From Eledone cirrhosa (lineage: Eukaryota): 64,000 nucleotides of DNA. Location of the stretch: assembly GCA_964016885.1 (NCBI GenBank), contig OZ024741.1:364250001-364314000 (forward strand), given 5' to 3'. The notes beneath the pieces were generated by a model. That model saw only the letters and a list, made by a program, of their open reading frames with translations, ran no database searches and was not told the origin of the DNA. Shown here in pieces: positions 1 to 13,309 of this stretch (position 1 is the stretch's first letter; every line of letters begins with the position of its first letter). The translations under genes and the position numbers were made by a program.

Positions 1-1544
1 GATTTCCCCCATCCTCCATTGTTGACATAGGTCATCATTTATAATAATTTCCAATTATATGCAACTTATTTTAAAATATTTTTTTTTTCATCCATCTCTT
101 TGTCTACATCTTAAGAAATATAGGCTATTTCTTTGGAATAGGATTTAAAAAAAAAAATCCACTTTAAACATAATTATCGCTTGTAATAATTATCCAGGCC
201 GACGCTCATGCCTCTGGCAATGTTAAGATCAACGGTAATTCTCTGTCACTGGTGTCAAGGTAACCCAGTGAACACAAACAATGCGAGCCCCAAATCAGGC
301 CATTCTGTCTTGTTACTTTATCAATATCAGTAGTAAAGTGACACTATATATCCTTTTCTTTAGTTCCTTTTGCTACCCATGGAGCATTGGATGACGACGT
401 TATACTGTATATACATTGGCATAAACATCATTTAATATCTTCGAAACTATGGAAGCTGCTTAACTGCAACGTGTTTTCCAGCAAATAAATAATCCAAATT
501 ATTATAACTAGGATTATGTTTACGGAACGAGTCGACGGAATTTATATATATACATACACCCACGCATAAAGACCGGCAGATAACGAGTGATAGACAACGC
601 TTCACAGAACACTTGATTTCTAGTATGAATGAAAGCATATTAGAACATTTAGCCCTGCTCCCTTCCCACCTTAGTTGTCTTACATTTGTGTTCCATGAAT
701 TCTATCTACGTAATCTAAATAAGAATATTAAAACGTTTTCGACATACCGTAGCGTTTGTGTAGTAGCCGGACAAAAAGAAAAAAAAAAGCAATACAGTTA
801 TTATACTATAGATATCTAAGAATGAAATTGATATCTAAGAAAGAAATTGATCTTAACTGGGACAGTTTATAATAATACAGTAGAGTGTATTTGAAGTTTA
901 TTTAAAAATTAGCATCAAGTTAAATTTAAAAAAAAAATCAAACAACGAAAGCTATTTTAGCCTTTCAATAGATGGTTATTCTGATGAATTTAGCAAAAGA
1001 ATTAGCCTTTTTTTTCTATAATGATTTATTTACTAACCGTAGTCACTGTTACATCTACGAAATATCATACGATGTGTTATTCAATGAAAATAATAATACG
1101 ATTTATAACATTCAATAATAGCTCTGAATAAGTACAAACTTCATCTGTGACCTGCCCAATCCCTTGCTGGCAGGGAAAGCGGACGGTAAATGACCACGGC
1201 GATGATGATAAATAGTAGAATTAGTAATCATAATTGTTGTTGGTAATTATATAATGCAAAGGGACATTGAAACAAAAATGTCGTAACAGATTTATTTTGT
1301 GGGCATTTTCTGACTGGTTGTTGAACATTGCACAATTTTGCTGTCATCCCCATTCTAACTCTAGTTTCTTTAATTGTGTGAAAGAGAAAGAGAGAGAGAG
1401 AAAGAAAGAGATAGACAGATAAATATATATATATAAATATAGAGAGAGAGAATGTCTATCTATCAGGCATGCTTCTCTGTTTCGTTGTTGGTGGCTGTAG
1501 CCTGACACCGGTAGTGAATGGAGAGATGTCAGTTATTGAGGGTT

Positions 1545-1875
1545 TCAGCATAGCCTAATGGTTAAGTGGTTCGCTTTACAATCATTAGGTCTCAGGTTCA
1601 GTCCCACTACACGACACCTTGGGCAAGTGTTATTTACCATAATCTCGAGACGACTTAAGCTTTATTGGGTAAACGGAAATTGTTTGGAAGGCCGTCGGAC
1701 GGACCGTGCCTGTAATTCAAGGGTGAGCCTTGTCACACAGTGTCATGCTGAATCTCTTGGAAAATTCCGTTTAGAGTACACGTGTCTTTGAAATGCTCAC
1801 CTTCTTCCACGTAAATTTTATGAGCAGGCTGTTCCATTGATGGAACTGGAACACATCGTCGAAACCGACGAAGGT
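1545..1875 (+). mobile_element. tRNA-derived SINE, family 3
   Basis: A-box-like TAGCCTAATGGT, B-box-like GGTTCAGTCCC, body CACCTTGGGCAAGTG; related heads at 32729 and 50128. Confidence 0.65.
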
Positions 1876-2016
1876 TTATTCTGTTTTGACAAGTAGCATC
1901 ACTATCGTTATATCATCGCATCGTTGATACTGTGTAAAAATTGAAATAATAATAATAAACAATAGAATTGTTATAAAATAACTACTCTAATTAGTAGCCA
2001 TGACTACATACACACT

Positions 2017-2096
<80 letters not shown>

Positions 2097-2214
2097 CACA
2101 CATATAGCTGCTAGTGTGTGTTCTATCCAAAAGGAGCACTAGAAAATACAGTGATTATACCGAAAGACAGAGCGTCTTTCGGTATAATGGTAAAAGTGGC
2201 GTGCAAGCTTCACT

Positions 2215-2960
2215 TCTAGTAGTCAGAAACAAAACAAAGATGCGGTGATGGTGGTGGAGGAGATGGTGATGATAGTAGTATGGTGGTGGTGGCAGTAATT
2301 GTAATAAATGCAGTTGTAGCAGCAGCAGTAGTAGTGGTGGTAACAGCTGCAGTTGTATCAGTAGTAGTAGTAGTGGTGGTGGAGGTGGTAGTGATGATGA
2401 TAGCTACAGTTGTATCAGTAGTAGTAGTACTGGTAATAGCTGTAGTTGCACTAGTAGTAATAGTAGTAGTAGTAGTGGTGGTGGTAATAGTTGCAGTAGT
2501 GGTAGTAATAGCTGTGGTTGCACGAGCAACAGTAGTAGTAATAGTGGTAACATGCAGTTGTTTAACTAGTAGTAGTAGTAGTAGCAGTAGTAGTAGTAGA
2601 AGCAGTAGTAGAAATAGTAGTAGTAGAGGTAGTAGTAACAGTAGTAGTAGTAGTTTATGTGCTTGTGTTGTAATAGCGACCGTTGTACCAATATTATTAT
2701 TATAAAATAAAGTACCAGTCACGCACTGGGGTCGATTTAATCGACTTTCCCCTCTGCCAAAATTGCTGGCCTTGTGCCTATACAAGAAACAATTATTATT
2801 AGTAGCGGTATTCGCTGCAATTGTTATGAGTAGTAATAGTAGTGGTAATATCTGTAAGTAGTATTAGTAATAGTAGCAGTAATAATAGCAATATTAGTAG
2901 TAGCACCAGCAATATTAGTAGTAGCACCAGCAATAGTAGTAGTGATATTAGTGCTGCTGT
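2215..2960 (+). repeat. Degenerate (GTA/GTG)n trinucleotide tract
   Basis: AGTAGT/GGTGGT runs, interrupted by a SINE 3' half at ~2703-2800. Confidence 0.9.
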
Positions 2961-3756
2961 TGTTGGATGGGGCGAGAGGCTGTACTGTACTGTCGTTGCA
3001 GAGAGAAGGCAAAAGGCAAAGCACAAAGCATAGAAAGAAGAAAGAGCCGCCGCAACAACAACAGCAGCAACATCATCACCATCATCATTATCATCACCGC
3101 CACCAGCATCATCATCATCACCATTATCAGTAGCAGCATCATTAGCAGCATCAACAACAACGACAGCAGGAGGAGCAGCAACAGCAGCAGGAGTACGTAG
3201 CAGCAGGAGCAGGAGCAGCAGCAGCAGCAGCAGCAGCCACAGCGCGGCATCTTCTCATGGCGCTCCACCACACCAATCGATTCTATTACCTCCTCTATGT
3301 TAAGTCTAAGCGAGCTGTCATGAGATATGGCATCCTGGTCAGGAGCTCTGCTTCTGACTAACAACGTTTGCCTTATTTTCATTTTCATTTTTATTTTTTT
3401 CCCTCCTCCACCACCTCTAGCACTGCTCCCCTAGGGGTGGATATTTTTTCTCGGGCCCCGCCACCCCTATTTTTTTTTTATTTCCTTTACAAGTAGTAGT
3501 AAGTAGTAAGGATATTTTGTTTGTTTTTTTTTTAAATTTAAATAATCATAAAATCTGGAAGAAAAAAAGGGGTAGGTAGGTAAACAACAACACAAAATCC
3601 CTTATAAGCTACTAACCCCTAAAAAAAAACATCAACAACAAGAACACCACCACCATCAACAACAACATCAAAACTAACCCCTAAAAGATCTCATCATCGC
3701 TATTGATTGGAAAAAAGTAAGAATAAAAATAACAAAGAGAAACACAACATTCCAAG
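2960..3756 (+). promoter_or_regulatory. Probable TSS region and long 5' UTR of the BRSK gene, with CAG/CAT repeats
   Basis: CpG-retaining, TE-free sequence directly upstream of ATG 3757; in-frame TAA at 3724 and 3730; TSS position inferred only. Confidence 0.45.
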
Positions 3757-3832
3757 ATGTCTCATAGTCAGAAGGAGGAGCAGTACGTCGGACCATACCG
3801 GTTGGAGAAGACATTAGGCAAAGGTCAAACAG
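3757..3832 (+). CDS. BRSK2: First coding exon of BR serine/threonine kinase (BRSK1/2, SAD-1/Sff family)
   Basis: Encodes MSHSQKEEQYVGPYRLEKTLGKGQT-G; QYVGPYRLEKTLGKGQTG is the BRSK N-terminal kinase Gly-loop; AAG-ATG context, upstream in-frame stops, phase-1 donor AG|GTATGT at 3833. BRSK1 vs BRSK2 cannot be distinguished (invertebrates usually have one gene). Confidence 0.92.
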
Positions 3833-3981
3833 GTATGTAAAAAAAAAAAATCACTAAGTTATCGAGATAAAATTATATAAAAAAAGAATACTTTATTGGC
3901 TACGGGGCCGTTTCTTTCTTTAATAACCACAAGGGCTAATACAAATATCAAAGACAGTACAAGATGATACAGTGCGAGTCT

Positions 3982-4208
3982 AATAATAATGGTTTCTTAT
4001 ATAGGCACAAGACCAGCAATTTGGAAGGAGGGGAAAGTCGATTAAATCGACCCTAGCGCGTGACTGGTACTTTATTTTATCGACCCCGTTAGGATGAAAG
4101 GCAAAGTTAACCTCGGCAGGATTTGAACTCAGATCATAAACGGCCGTAGCTCTATGCTGCAAAGCATGGCGTCCGACCCTCTACCGATACTGCCAATCCA
4201 CCACCCTT
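3982..4208 (-). mobile_element. tRNA-derived SINE, family 1, full length
   Basis: Minus strand TGGCAGTATCGGT (A box), GAGTTCAAATCC (B box), GGGGTCGATAAAATAAAGTACCAGT body, (ATT)n tail; flanked by AGTGCGAGTCT at 3971 and 4210. Confidence 0.85.
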
Positions 4209-4220
4209 TAGTGCGAGTCT

Positions 4221-4365
4221 AATAATAATTGTTTCTACTGTCGGCACAAGGCCAGCAATTATCCCAGTGCATTACTGGTACTTTATTTTATCGACCCCGT
4301 AAGGATGAAAGGCAAAGTTAACCTCGGCGGGATTTGAACTCAGAATGGCAAGGGCCGTAACTCTA
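4221..4365 (-). mobile_element. SINE family 1, 5'-truncated
   Basis: Same body and tail as 3982-4208. Confidence 0.8.
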
Positions 4366-4474
4366 TAATAATGATTTCTTTATTGACCACAAAGGGTTAA
4401 CAAAAAGCACGTTAAGGACGGTACAATACGATACAGTGGGGTTTTGTGGGAAGATGTTCAGATTCCTCATATCA

Positions 4475-5185
4475 CACTACTATACCACTAACCATCATCA
4501 TCGTAATTATACCACCACCACCATCATCGTAATTATACCACCACCACCACCATCATCATCGCAATTATACTATTACTACTACCACTCCCACCATCATCAT
4601 CGTAATTATACTATTATTACTACCACCACCACCTCCACCATCATCATCGTAATTATGCTATTACTACTACTATCACTACCACCATCATCATCATTATCAC
4701 GATATCACATTCAGCATCATCACCATGAACCGCCATACGATTATACCACTATACAACCAGTACCACCACCATCACCATCATGATAATCATCATACTACTA
4801 CCACTATCACTAACATCACCACCACCACTATCATCATACTCATAGAACCACCACTATCGCTACTGTCACCGTCAGCATCATCATCATCATCACTGATCTT
4901 CAATATCACATCAAACGAACCACTACTATCACTACCATCGCTATCATACCACTATATCACTATCATCAGGATCATAACCATACTATTACCACCACCAGCA
5001 GCATCATCATGATCTTGATCATCCTTATCTACCATCACACAACCATACCACTATCGTTGTCATAATCGCGATACTACTACTATTACTGATACTACTGTCA
5101 GAATCATCATCATCGTCATCAATGTATTATTGCTGCCATCTTCATATTCACCATCATCATAACATTCGTCATCATCATCAACAAC
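4475..5185 (+). repeat. Degenerate (CAT/CAC/TAC)n tract
   Basis: Direct inspection. Confidence 0.9.
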
Positions 5186-5411
5186 ACTAGAAACACGCCT
5201 AAAAACAATAACAAAAGACATTACTCGAGTACATTGTTTCACATATTTGTCGAATGTAATGCATATATATACTGTGCTTATATATAAATGTATATATTTA
5301 AAATATTTAACTCTACTTCGTGTATTGGGTTCTTATTTTTCATTTACTGTTGGGTGCTTTTATATATAATTAAAAACATCTGCATCTATTTATCTCCATA
5401 TATATATATAT

Positions 5412-5497
<86 letters not shown>

Positions 5498-5682
5498 TAC
5501 CTTTTGTTTTAGTGCCTCGTCTGTCCATGCCATTCAACAACCACCATTATGTATATATACATAAGGTTCATTCATCCTTAAAACCAACAACACTTAGATA
5601 ATTCTCATATTTAAATTACACTTTAACAGTATTTATAGATCATTAGTCCTTGAAATATATAATTATATAATATAATAATAAT

Positions 5683-5762
<80 letters not shown>

Positions 5763-5974
5763 CTCTCCACCGCAATACTGTAAAATGTTACACATTTCAA
5801 CATCATGCATTTCAATCCGTAGAGTTAATTTGTCTTGTATGAGAAGACCAATCGAAGATGCTAATGTAATAACATGCATACAGGTAGACACACATATGTA
5901 TCTATGTATGTATATATGTATGTATATATGTATGTATGTATGAATGTATGTATGAATGTAGGTAAACATGTATG

Positions 5975-6008
<34 letters not shown>

Positions 6009-6203
6009 TGTATGTATGTAGCAATGGAACTGTCTCAATGACCATGTCGCAGTCAGTGCGACGAAAATTTTGACACTAAGAAACAAATGATAAATGTAAC
6101 GTGAATGATTGAATTCATCAGTTTCTCTATGTTTTTGAATGGCTAAAATCACTCTCACGGCGGTGTAAATGCGATATATATATATAATTGGTTATTCGCT
6201 ACC

Positions 6204-6267
<64 letters not shown>

Positions 6268-6342
6268 GATATCGAATAACCAATTTAGACTTATATATGT
6301 ATATATGTATATATATATATGATACAGTACGAAGGACCTTTT

Positions 6343-6702
6343 TGTTGTGGTTTAGTCCCATGTCAGCTCTGAAAGACCAGGTCTGTCAATAACGAAAGAT
6401 GATTCAGTTGTGACTATATTGTTCATTTTTGTACATCTACTGTATATCTGTAACTTCATTTATATGACGAAGCAAATAGGGAACCCTCTCTATACTTGGT
6501 TGTTTTCCTTGCTAGATAGATATGGCTGGCAAATCCCCCTCGAACCACACCTTACTGTTTTAATGAAGGAACGGACATATTAGAATATATTAGATAATGT
6601 TCGACATAACCCTAAAGATGGTGCGATGGATACGGCTAGAATGTTTTTGATTATCATAGGTGTCTTTGATCAGAGGATGATCTTCGGCTAAAATACCACA
6701 AC
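6343..6702. mobile_element. Unclassified MITE-like repeat with imperfect terminal inverted repeats
   Basis: GTTGTGGTTTAGTCC...GGCTAAAATACCACAAC termini; related pieces at ~8690, ~38650-39330 and ~43740-43930. Confidence 0.4.
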
Positions 6703-8854
6703 TATATTTATATTTATCTAATGTCTGCTTCCGTTATTCTGTTATGAAAGGAGGCTAGCTGCCTGTTAGCTGTTATTTCTAACAGGTCCAGCGTCCACTT
6801 AAGGAGGCTGAGACCCCCTCCTCCTCTCAGAGTGCAACCAACCGGCTTCATTTTACCTTATTGTTAGCTTTGGAAATCAGTTTAAAAAAATTAAATAACG
6901 AATCTAACACTTTAAAAAAATATCAAAGACATGTAATTACACACACATTCGTGTGTGTATGTATGTATGCATGTATGTATGTATAATGCTAAATAATTCC
7001 TCTTCTTTCCAATGACTATCCGATGTGTTAAGTATGTATATATTACGATGTCAAGCACCGTCGCCATAACGCACATCCGACATGGAATAATACAACTAAC
7101 TCTCTCTTAGCCGTCTGTGTTCTTCAGTTCTTTATATTATATTACATATATGTATAAATCTGTTGTCAAATAGGAAACATAGTTCTTTGTGCCCAGTCAC
7201 CTAAAAAAAAAAAATTCTCCTCTACTAAATAATAAATTCATTCTACTTATTTACTGTAAAACATTTTATCCTAAATTACTCCCATCCTTCCATCAGCCAC
7301 CTTAAATGTATTGATGTGTCCCACTAATTACATTGATAACCAGGCTTCTTTTTTTCTTTTTGTTTGAATCAGTTTTTATTACGGCTTCGAACCCCGTCAA
7401 TGTCTATCTATCGATATCACACACATACACACACATGTAAAATCATTATTATTATTTCTAATTTCTCCTTTAATGTATTGCTGACTCTGAAGAAATATTT
7501 TTGTTCTTTATATTTTGCATACATGTTTTATTATATATACATATATTATTTAATTTATAGTAATAAAAGACAGAATAGTAAAGTGTAATATATATGCGTG
7601 TGTATGTGCGTGCGCGTGCGTGTGTGCGGATAAGATGTGACTAATTATGACTAGTTAGACCATTATTTAACTTAGTACTCCGTACATTAAAGAAAACAGA
7701 TGTAGATATTAAATAATATGTATTAAATAATATCTATCTATTTCTCTATCTATCTATCACGATTTATCTTTCCCGTTATATATATGTAAGCGTACGTATA
7801 TGTGTGTATATGAATACGCATTTTCTATATGCATATGCACATATGCAGTTACTTTGAATGAACTAAAGGTTCAATTATCTTGTATAACTTGACTGTGCAC
7901 TTAATATTTGCATTGGTTGTTATCGGATGATGATTTTCACCGAATGTCTTAATTGTATGGCTGTGTCAGATATATGGTTATCGCGATGATTAAATATATC
8001 TTTCTGATAGTTGTTATACGTATATACAATATATGGTTGTTAACTGAAAAATGTCAACTGTATGTCTGATTTTATGGCTGTATATCTAGTGTATATTCAG
8101 TATATTTGTGGGCTTAGAAATATATCTATCTTTATATCTGTCTGTCTGTCTATCTATCTCTGCCTGTCTGCCTATCTATTTATCTATCTAAGAAATCTAT
8201 CTATCTACCTACCTACCTACCTACCTACCTATCTATCTATCTATCTATTTATCTGTCTTTTATGTTATTTATCTGTTATTTTATTATATCTAGTTTATTG
8301 TTATTTATTAACGTTAAAGTTATTTTTATGTAAAACCCCCGCCGCCACGTCTTGTAATGCCCCATTTTTGTACGCCCCTGTGGCAAATAAAGAAAGATAT
8401 CTATTTATCTATGTCTATCTGTCAACTTGCTTGTCTGTCTGTCAATCAGTCTGTCTGTTCACACATATCTATGTGTGAGACTATATGGTTGTGAACTGGA
8501 TGTTCACTATATGTCTGTTTGTATGGTTGTTATACCTATGTTCACTGTATGTCAGATTGTGTGGTTGTCTGGATGTTCATTATATGTGTATGATTGTGCT
8601 TTTATCTGTATGTACGCCGTATAATTGATCTCTAAATGGTCACTGATGAATGTCCCTTGTATGACATAACTGTTTTCTGGATGATAACCGTGTTGTTTAG
8701 CCACAGGTCAGTCAACCCTGATGGAGCAGACTTATGACGAAAAACCTTCCATCTTTATTTTTTAAGGTTTCGATATGAGAACTACATTATCTAATGTGTA
8801 CTTTTACTACCACCATCACAACGACGACAACCACCACCACCATCATCATTATTA

Positions 8855-9280
8855 GGATTGGCAGTATCAGTAGAACGTCGGAGAACATGCTTTGCGGCAT
8901 ATAATTACGTCCCTTTACGTTTTGAGTTCAAATCCCGCCGAGGTTAGCTTTGTCGTTCATCTTTACGGGATCGATAAAATAGAGCACCAGTAATGTACTG
9001 GAGTCGATTTATTCGACTTTCCCCTCGCTTAAAATTGTTAGCCTTGTGCCTAAATCAGAAACCATTATTATTTTTTATATTAGGGCGGTGAATTGGCAGT
9101 ATCGGTAGAGGGTTGGACGCCATGCTTTGACGCATAGAGTTACGGCCCTTGCCATTCTGAGTTCAAATCCCGCCGAGGTTAACTTTGCCTTTCATCCTTA
9201 TGGGGTCGATAAAATAAAGTACCAGTAATGTACTGGATAATTGCTGGCCTTGTGCCAAAAGTAGAAACAATTATTATTTT
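8855..9280 (+). mobile_element. Two tandem SINE family 1 copies (8855-9075, 9082-9280)
   Basis: A/B boxes, shared body and ATT tails. Confidence 0.85.
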
Positions 9281-9536
9281 TTATATTGAAGGTAGGATGT
9301 TACTTAAGAGATATCTGCCTGCTATTTCTAGCAGGTAGAATGACCACGGTGGTTTATTTAGTTCAAAAATAAATCGCTGGTTAATCTACTCAAGAGCATT
9401 CGGATACTCAATGTTTGTTGCTTGGGTGGTCGCTGATAAAAGAAATTCATTGCAAACATTGTTTTGCAACCATAGCAAAGGTTGAGACAAATGTATTTTT
9501 TTTTTTCAATATGATTTCGATATCTACACACACACA

Positions 9537-9568
<32 letters not shown>

Positions 9569-9960
9569 TGAGAGAGAGAGAGAGGGGAGAAAGAGAGAAA
9601 AGGATAAAAGAAAAATAACACGTAACGTCCATTTCATTGTCAAAGAGAATACTACCGGGTGCCTCAGCAATTTATGCTGAAGACAAACCAGACAATAGAT
9701 AAATCACACACACACACATATAGAACATACATACACATAAAATTAATTTCCGATTACAAATAATTCATCGTTTCTAGTTATTTATCCGCAGATAGCATCT
9801 ATAATGAAAGACATTCCAACCGAGACCATCTGGGCTTTTTTCCGCATAGTGTAGTCTAGGCTACATTTTCGAATTTATTCTTCCTTTTTCATTTCAAGTG
9901 TGATTTAAGGAAAGTTCCTATTGCTAAGACTCTAGTGTTCTTTTATGAATCTGATACAAA

Positions 9961-10178
9961 CCCTTTTGATACCAAACTGCCTGAAATCGCCTCTCGTCCT
10001 ATGATACAAAGCTATTTATTTTAAAGTGTTTATATTTATTTAAAATTTTCCATCATTTGTTCTTTGCCCAGCTTATGAGAAAGTTAGAAGTAAATCCCTC
10101 CAAATTCTTGATTATTTAAAATTTTTTTTTTGAAAACCATAGGTAGTGTCTTTCATTAGCAATATGGTAACGAAAGGG
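9961..10178 (+). mobile_element. piggyBac-type MITE family A
   Basis: CCCTTTTGATACCA...TGGTAACGAAAGGG|TTAA termini; other copies or pieces at ~26190, 36111, 50706, 60400 and 60824. Confidence 0.65.
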
Positions 10179-10971
10179 TTAAGCTATCAATCTCTCTTCT
10201 AACTGATATTCCGATGTCAAGTTCTCAAATTTACAACATGCTTTTTTACTTCTGATTCTTTTGCCGGTGGCATTTGTTTTTCTTCTTCTCTTTCTGAGTA
10301 AGTGAGAATAAAGATAGCAAGAAAGAAAGAATAAGGAACAGAGCAGCAGACTCTACCACGTTAGTCTGTCTATTCACAAGTGCACCTTTCTCTTCCCATT
10401 TATCTCCCCTCCTTTGCTCACATTGCTTGCTTTTCTCCGTCACATACAGTATTGTTGTTTTCTACTTTCAATTTCAACCCCCCTCTCTCTATATATACAT
10501 TCATTAAGATATATGCAAGCAGTCTTTCGGATATAACTGCTCATATTTATCACCGTTGCCGTCTGTTTGCCAGTAGAATTTATTAAATACTCTTTAGTAT
10601 TTAGTTGTTTGCCATTCTGCCTCAAAAGAGTTATGTCGGCTCTTTCGTATTCTCTCTTTTTAGTTGCCTATTTATCATCATCTTTGTATGTAATCTCTCT
10701 CTCTCTCTCTATATATACATACACACACACACACAGATACTACAAGGGTAAATATCGAAGTAAAAGGAAGAGTTACCAAATACATTTTGAGCTCAGATTC
10801 AAACACACATTTAATCATTAATTTTTGAGTCAACGTTCAGATTGTAATATATGAATACATCAGTATTTATATTAATAAAGGAGCTTGAGTTTTTACTTCT
10901 TTTCTATTTTATTTTGTCCATTTTGTGTCGGGGAAAATAAAATAGCTTAATTTTCATCTCTGCTTTTTTAC

Positions 10972-11008
<37 letters not shown>

Positions 11009-11143
11009 CAACGTGAAATCAAGTGTCTTACTCAAGAACACAACACACAGCCCAGTCTGGGAATCGAACTCACAACCTAACGATTGTAAGCCCGACATTC
11101 TAATGACTATATATATATATATGTGTATATATATATATATGTG

Positions 11144-11222
<79 letters not shown>

Positions 11223-11477
11223 ATATATATACGCACAGACATATAGGCATTGGCTTTTTACTAGACAGCCCCTTCCATCTTTGAAAGAGTGGTGAGTCAG
11301 TGGCTAAACTCCTTAAAATTAAAATGTGACAGACACAGATAAAACCATAACACACATACACACACTGTATAATAAATATATCGTTTGCTTTGGAAACCGA
11401 ACTTTTTGATAGATAACAAACATGTTATATTTCTCCGTGTAGATTTAGTTAAATCAGTGACGATTAGATAAATTGTT

Positions 11478-12010
11478 ATTGCCTCGTTTAAGATAGATCT
11501 TAATATATGTATGATTGTGTATGTGTTGTATGGTAATAATATTACAACAGATTTGTCGTAGACAAAATAACAAAATTTGCGTAGTTTAGGATAGATCTTA
11601 ATGTATATATGATTACAAATGTATGCAACTGTACTGTAGTGCATGTTATTCTAAGGCAGGCTGGTAACAATAACAATATTTGCCTCGTTTAAGATACATC
11701 CTAATGTATATACGATTGTGTGTGTCGTGTATGTTGTATTAAGACAGGCTGGTAATAATGTTACATCAGGTTAGTAGCTTAAAACAACAAAATTGACCCC
11801 GTTTAAGACAGATCTTAATGTATGTATGATTGTATAGACAGAATGGTAATAATGTTAAAACAGATTTAATAGTACAAATAATAAAATTTACCTCGTTTAA
11901 GATAGATCTTAATGTATGAATGATTGTAATTGTGTAAGTGTACTTGTACTGTATGTAGTACGAAGTAAAACAGGCTGGTTGTGTTACAACATATTAGTAG
12001 TACACAAAAT
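11478..12010. repeat. Tandem array of about five ~100-bp units
   Basis: Recurrent TTGCCTCGTTTAAGATAGATCTTAATGTAT...GGCTGGTAATAATGTTAC at ~11480, 11577, 11680, 11793 and 11888. Confidence 0.8.
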
Positions 12011-13309
12011 AACTTCTTTTTCTCTCTCTTTATTTCCCGATTGAGGAATAGCTTCTTAAACGTGACAACTAGAATTTTTCAAAGAAAATTCCTAACGTTC
12101 AGTATTTTTTTTTTTTTTTGTATTTTGTTTTCACTACTCTAATAATACTACATCCAATAAAGCAAGCGAAGATCAATTGCACAAACTACTGCCTTCCAAA
12201 CATCTTATAGCTTGGCACACGCATCCTGGATAAATCTGGGATATAACTAATTATCATACTGATATCCCAACAAGAGTACACACACACACATATATAATAT
12301 ATACTCGTCTGTCCGTTTTAGTTTTGGAGGAATATATCTTGTATTATAAGAATAATTTCCTCGTTAACCTACATTCTCTTCGTTTATTTTTTGTGGTAAG
12401 CTATGCTAGGCTTATCATTCAGCCTGATAGGTTTTCATACATTATCTTTTATAGAAATGGTCCTATTTAACGAACAGTTTTATCGATAAATGTTAGATAG
12501 AGATCTGATCTGATTATTATTTTTTCCACACTCCTCCTTGCAAATAATAGCTCTCTCTATTCATTCTGTTTCTGTGCTGTCTTGTTCAAACAAGCCAAAC
12601 TAGTTAAATATGAAAGTAGCATCTATCTGTGACGGGCGAAATTTATTCGTTCGAGAAGTACACATATGGGCATATGGTTTAACATACTATAAGAATAATG
12701 TTAATAATCATGTTAATAATAATATTAATGTTTCTTTTTTATCGACCCCGTAAAATAAAGCACCAGTAAAGCACTGACGTAATTGCTGGCCTTGTACCAA
12801 AAAGTAGAAACATTATTATTATTATTAATAAATAATAGTTTCATTTATTGGCCACAAGGACCGACATATAGGGGACAATACAATTGACGAGGACAATGGG
12901 GATAATAATAATACTATTATTTTTGCCATTTCCTTAACCCTAACTAATTATAATTATCAATATTATTGCTTATTATTGCTCTGAAGAGGGGGGGGGGGGG
13001 GCTCAAACCAACAACAGTCACTTTTATATCATATATTTCTGTGTCGGCATTTGAGGCTATTTTTTTTTTTACTTTTTCCTAATCGTCGACCTTGAATTGA
13101 TTTGATTTATACTATTTTGGATCTGATATATACATATAATCAAAAATTTATTTTATATAGAAATTACTCCTACAGGACTAGAACTGGTTAATTTGTTTGA
13201 AATCATGTTTTCGAATGAATAAAACGGTTCTAGTCCTGTATAAAATAAATTTGCATCTTCTTTCGCAATGTATTGAGTAGCCTATTTAACTGTGCTTCTC
13301 TTCCATTCC

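Noticed and set aside
2216-3388. Poly-L/T/V/S/Q/H ORFs
   Set aside because: Translations of trinucleotide tracts in several frames; no domain or splice support
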